A DNA stretch of 63,277 nt, the filler included, from Albugo candida (taxonomy: Eukaryota): assembly GCA_040437565.1 (NCBI GenBank). It is 25 parts of 25 records of this genome, joined end to end, with 100 filler letters (N's around TTAATTAATTAA, not from the genome) between each part and the next. Parts side by side here need not be neighbours in the genome. Positions count along the whole stretch, not along the records: positions 60,935 to 63,277 come from JBDOQK010000312.1; 24 more parts are not named here. The stretch is one strand, 5' to 3'. Position 1 is the first letter of the stretch, and the number at the start of each line of letters is the position of its first letter. Position numbers and translations under genes: made by a program. The notes below the pieces were generated by a model. It saw only the letters and a program-made list of their open reading frames with translations, was not told where the DNA came from and searched no databases. This document shows, piece after piece, positions 60,835 to 63,277 of the stretch.

Positions 60835-62806
60835 NNNNNNNNNNNNNNNNNNNNNNNNNNNNNNNNNNNNNNNNNNNNTTAATTAATTAANNNNNNNNNN
60901 NNNNNNNNNNNNNNNNNNNNNNNNNNNNNNNNNNGCACACATCAAATTAAAAAGGCGACATTTTTGAAAAACAAGAAGGTCCGATCCATTTTTTTCAAAA
61001 AAACTGGATCGAACAAGTTTTATCGCGTCAAAAACTTCCGAAATCACGCGTCTCATCCAATTTTTTTTCGTGTCAAGAGATTTCAATTTTTTTTAAAATC
61101 CGAAATGCACTGAATCTACCGCTATTTTTAATGGTTGTCTCTGGTTTTTATGTAGGTTGTTGTAAGTATATGTAATTGACTCATAAATATCGTAACATGT
61201 AACATATGCCTTTCTTACTGCATTAAGAAACATAATTAGTCTACAGCACGACTCGGTATATACATGATTGATTAAAGCGACCAGGTTCAACCTTTTATAA
61301 AAAAAAATACGCAGTTATTCCTTTTATTAGCTTTCTTTTGTCATTACTCAATTACTTTTATGAAGAAGTGTTTCAAGTACCATGTCATTGTGACATATTA
61401 ATTGCATTTGCATGTTCTTGTAAAAGCCGACTTTGTTTTTAGGGAAGCAATCTCTTTTTGCAACTAACCTTTACGATTATGACAATCGACTTTCTGTTAA
61501 TAAAATGTCCGCTCTATTTATTTTAGTTGCCCACAACGATCGATCGCAATTAAGAGCTTTTGACAAATGAAGAGGATTCTAATATAAGAACATTAAACAT
61601 ATTGAAGCTATATTAAATTTTGACATTACATTAAACGTGCAGCACAAGTTTAAATGCTGCTTAGCTTTAACTCAATCTAGAGATTAACTTTTGTTTTGTA
61701 GCGATCTGACTATAACAATAAAGGGTAAATATGTAGGTTAACGCTTATCAATAAATAAATTAATTTAAAACGCTTTCTTCCTATTTTAAATGACGTGAAA
61801 GTATGCTTGTTCTTCCAATGGGACAAAAAACTTTATTTTTTTATCTGTCTTTCCCCCCCCCCAAATCAGTTTGAATTAGCAACATTAGTTATGCAAGACG
61901 GCAAATTATTTTGTATTCGATCTTGTTCCTATTGTTATTTTTATGTGTTCCTTTTTAACAAGATGTTAAAACAGCACGTGTGAGATGAATAAAAAGCGAT
62001 GCTCCAAGACAGCGATTGCTTCGGTCTTTTTAGTTAACCGCCCAACTTAAATTTTGATAGTTAACCAAACTTTTTTGCAATTCCAAATTATTATCAGCTT
62101 GAAACTTGAGATACAGACAAGATAACTGTGTTTATTTTAAATAAGTGGAAAAACAACTAAAATTACCACTACAAAATGACGATAAAAAACAATTACTACA
62201 TTATTTTTTCAGCTGTTATGGTTAGACATTGATCACATGGTAGTCGCTTACATTGTCGAAATATAATACTCACCTATTTATTTCTAACTGAATATAGGCG
62301 TTCTAAAGCACACCTCAGCTCTTATACAATTAATTGAATTGGCAGTTGAAGTAAATTACGTGAGAAGAACCTCTAATACTGGGCAAAAATTGAGAATGCC
62401 CTTATTTACAACATGTCAAAAATATTTATCCCATTTGCTTATATAAGTACCCCTTATTAATAATTAGGCATATAAAGATCATTTAATTTTTCATCTAATT
62501 AGTTGATAAATAAAGATCTTCTCATTACTTGGCATAATTAAATAGTTTTTTTGAATTAAAAGTTTATTTTTTTATATTACCCTCTTTGTTTCAACTCCTT
62601 CATTCTACTTTCTAATCTTTGTTTCGCAGTTTTTTTGTTACACCTTTTCTCTTCTTGTTTCTCTACAAAATTATTTTATTTTAGCATTTTATTTTTTCTT
62701 GTTATTTTTAGTCTAATTTTACCTTCTTTTTCAAGATCGTCCCAGAAAGAAGAGGAAGGAGCATTGCATTCTTTTTTATTATGACGTGACACCTCATTAC
62801 TTTCTT

Positions 62807-63277
62807 TTAATTCCAAAGTTTTAAATGGCGGCTGTTTTTGTGATGTTGCAGTAGTAGCGTTGAACTTCCAGAATTCATATCTTTTAATGCTTCATCAAGG
62901 CTATCATTAGTAGTAGAGTAAACTACAAAGATGTCAATAAAGCATTCAAAGTTCCAGCCGTAATAGTACTTGTAATAAAAAAGGAAAAGTTGAACAAGAC
63001 CATTTGTTATAATTCCAATACAGATACTAACAATCTTACGAGTATATACCCTTAATGTGTTAAAGCAGTCAAGTAAAGAGAGAACAGTATTTACAATAAC
63101 GCCAACTATTGCTTTAATATCACCGATGATAAAGTATACAAACTTATAAGCCAAACAAATACAATAATTACCTAGCCTAGTAATTAAAAGGGAAACACTG
63201 CAAAATATAGTGAAACAAGCAGTGTCTGCCCAATAAATAGCACCAATTAAAATATTAAACAAACAACGAATACCATT
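62807..63277 (-). CDS. Possible hydrophobic hypothetical protein fragment
   Basis: Frame is open for over 150 codons to the window end in AT-rich DNA; no recognisable motif. Confidence 0.25.
   Translation of the reverse strand, partial: NGIRCLFNILIGAIYWADTACFTIFCSVSLLITRLGNYCICLAYKFVYFIIGDIKAIVGVIVNTVLSLLDCFNTLRVYTRKIVSICIGIITNGLVQLFLFYYKYYYGWNFECFIDIFVVYSTTNDSLDEALKDMNSGSSTLLLQHHKNSRHLKLWN

Noticed and set aside
2553-60934. Regularly spaced TTAATTAATTAA as a biological repeat or CRISPR-like array
   Set aside because: Always centred in 88 Ns; it is an assembly linker. ORFs ending in X..LIN are artefacts of it.
1-63277. tRNA or rRNA genes
   Set aside because: No cloverleaf or rRNA signature recognised by eye; tRNAscan-SE and barrnap would be needed to exclude them.

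Overview
This window is not a contiguous locus. It is 25 unrelated short contigs (2552 bp down to 2343 bp, sorted by decreasing length) joined by artificial 100-nt spacers (N44-TTAATTAATTAA-N44, stops in all six frames), so gene neighbourhoods are meaningful only inside a contig. Three sources can be told apart by composition, intron style and gene content. (1) An AT-rich eukaryote with ~55-75 nt GT-AG introns, most consistent with a Mucoromycota fungus. Its contigs are almost all transposon fragments: Helitron, three Ty3/Gypsy gag-pol pieces, two PIF/Harbinger, two MULE (one fused to an OTU domain), a KDZ transposase, a CACTG-type element end and two hAT MITEs. (2) A compact eukaryote of more balanced composition, probably an oomycete, with a P4-ATPase C-terminus, a FYVE protein, a CCDC174-like gene, decayed Gypsy/MULE copies and a ~199-bp satellite. 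(3) One GC-rich bacterial contig (58486-60834) with a tyrosine recombinase, two co-oriented unknown genes and a divergent SIR2 (Dsr1-like) gene. The best novel-system candidate is that bacterial pair: a Cys-His-Asp transglutaminase/papain-like protein followed by a small protein with HEPN-like motifs. Other directly visible highlights are a hAT MITE splitting the KDZ catalytic motif, a -1 frameshift signal in a Gypsy element, and ORF-less chains of micro-exons. Taxonomic and family calls come from motif recognition only; no searches were run.
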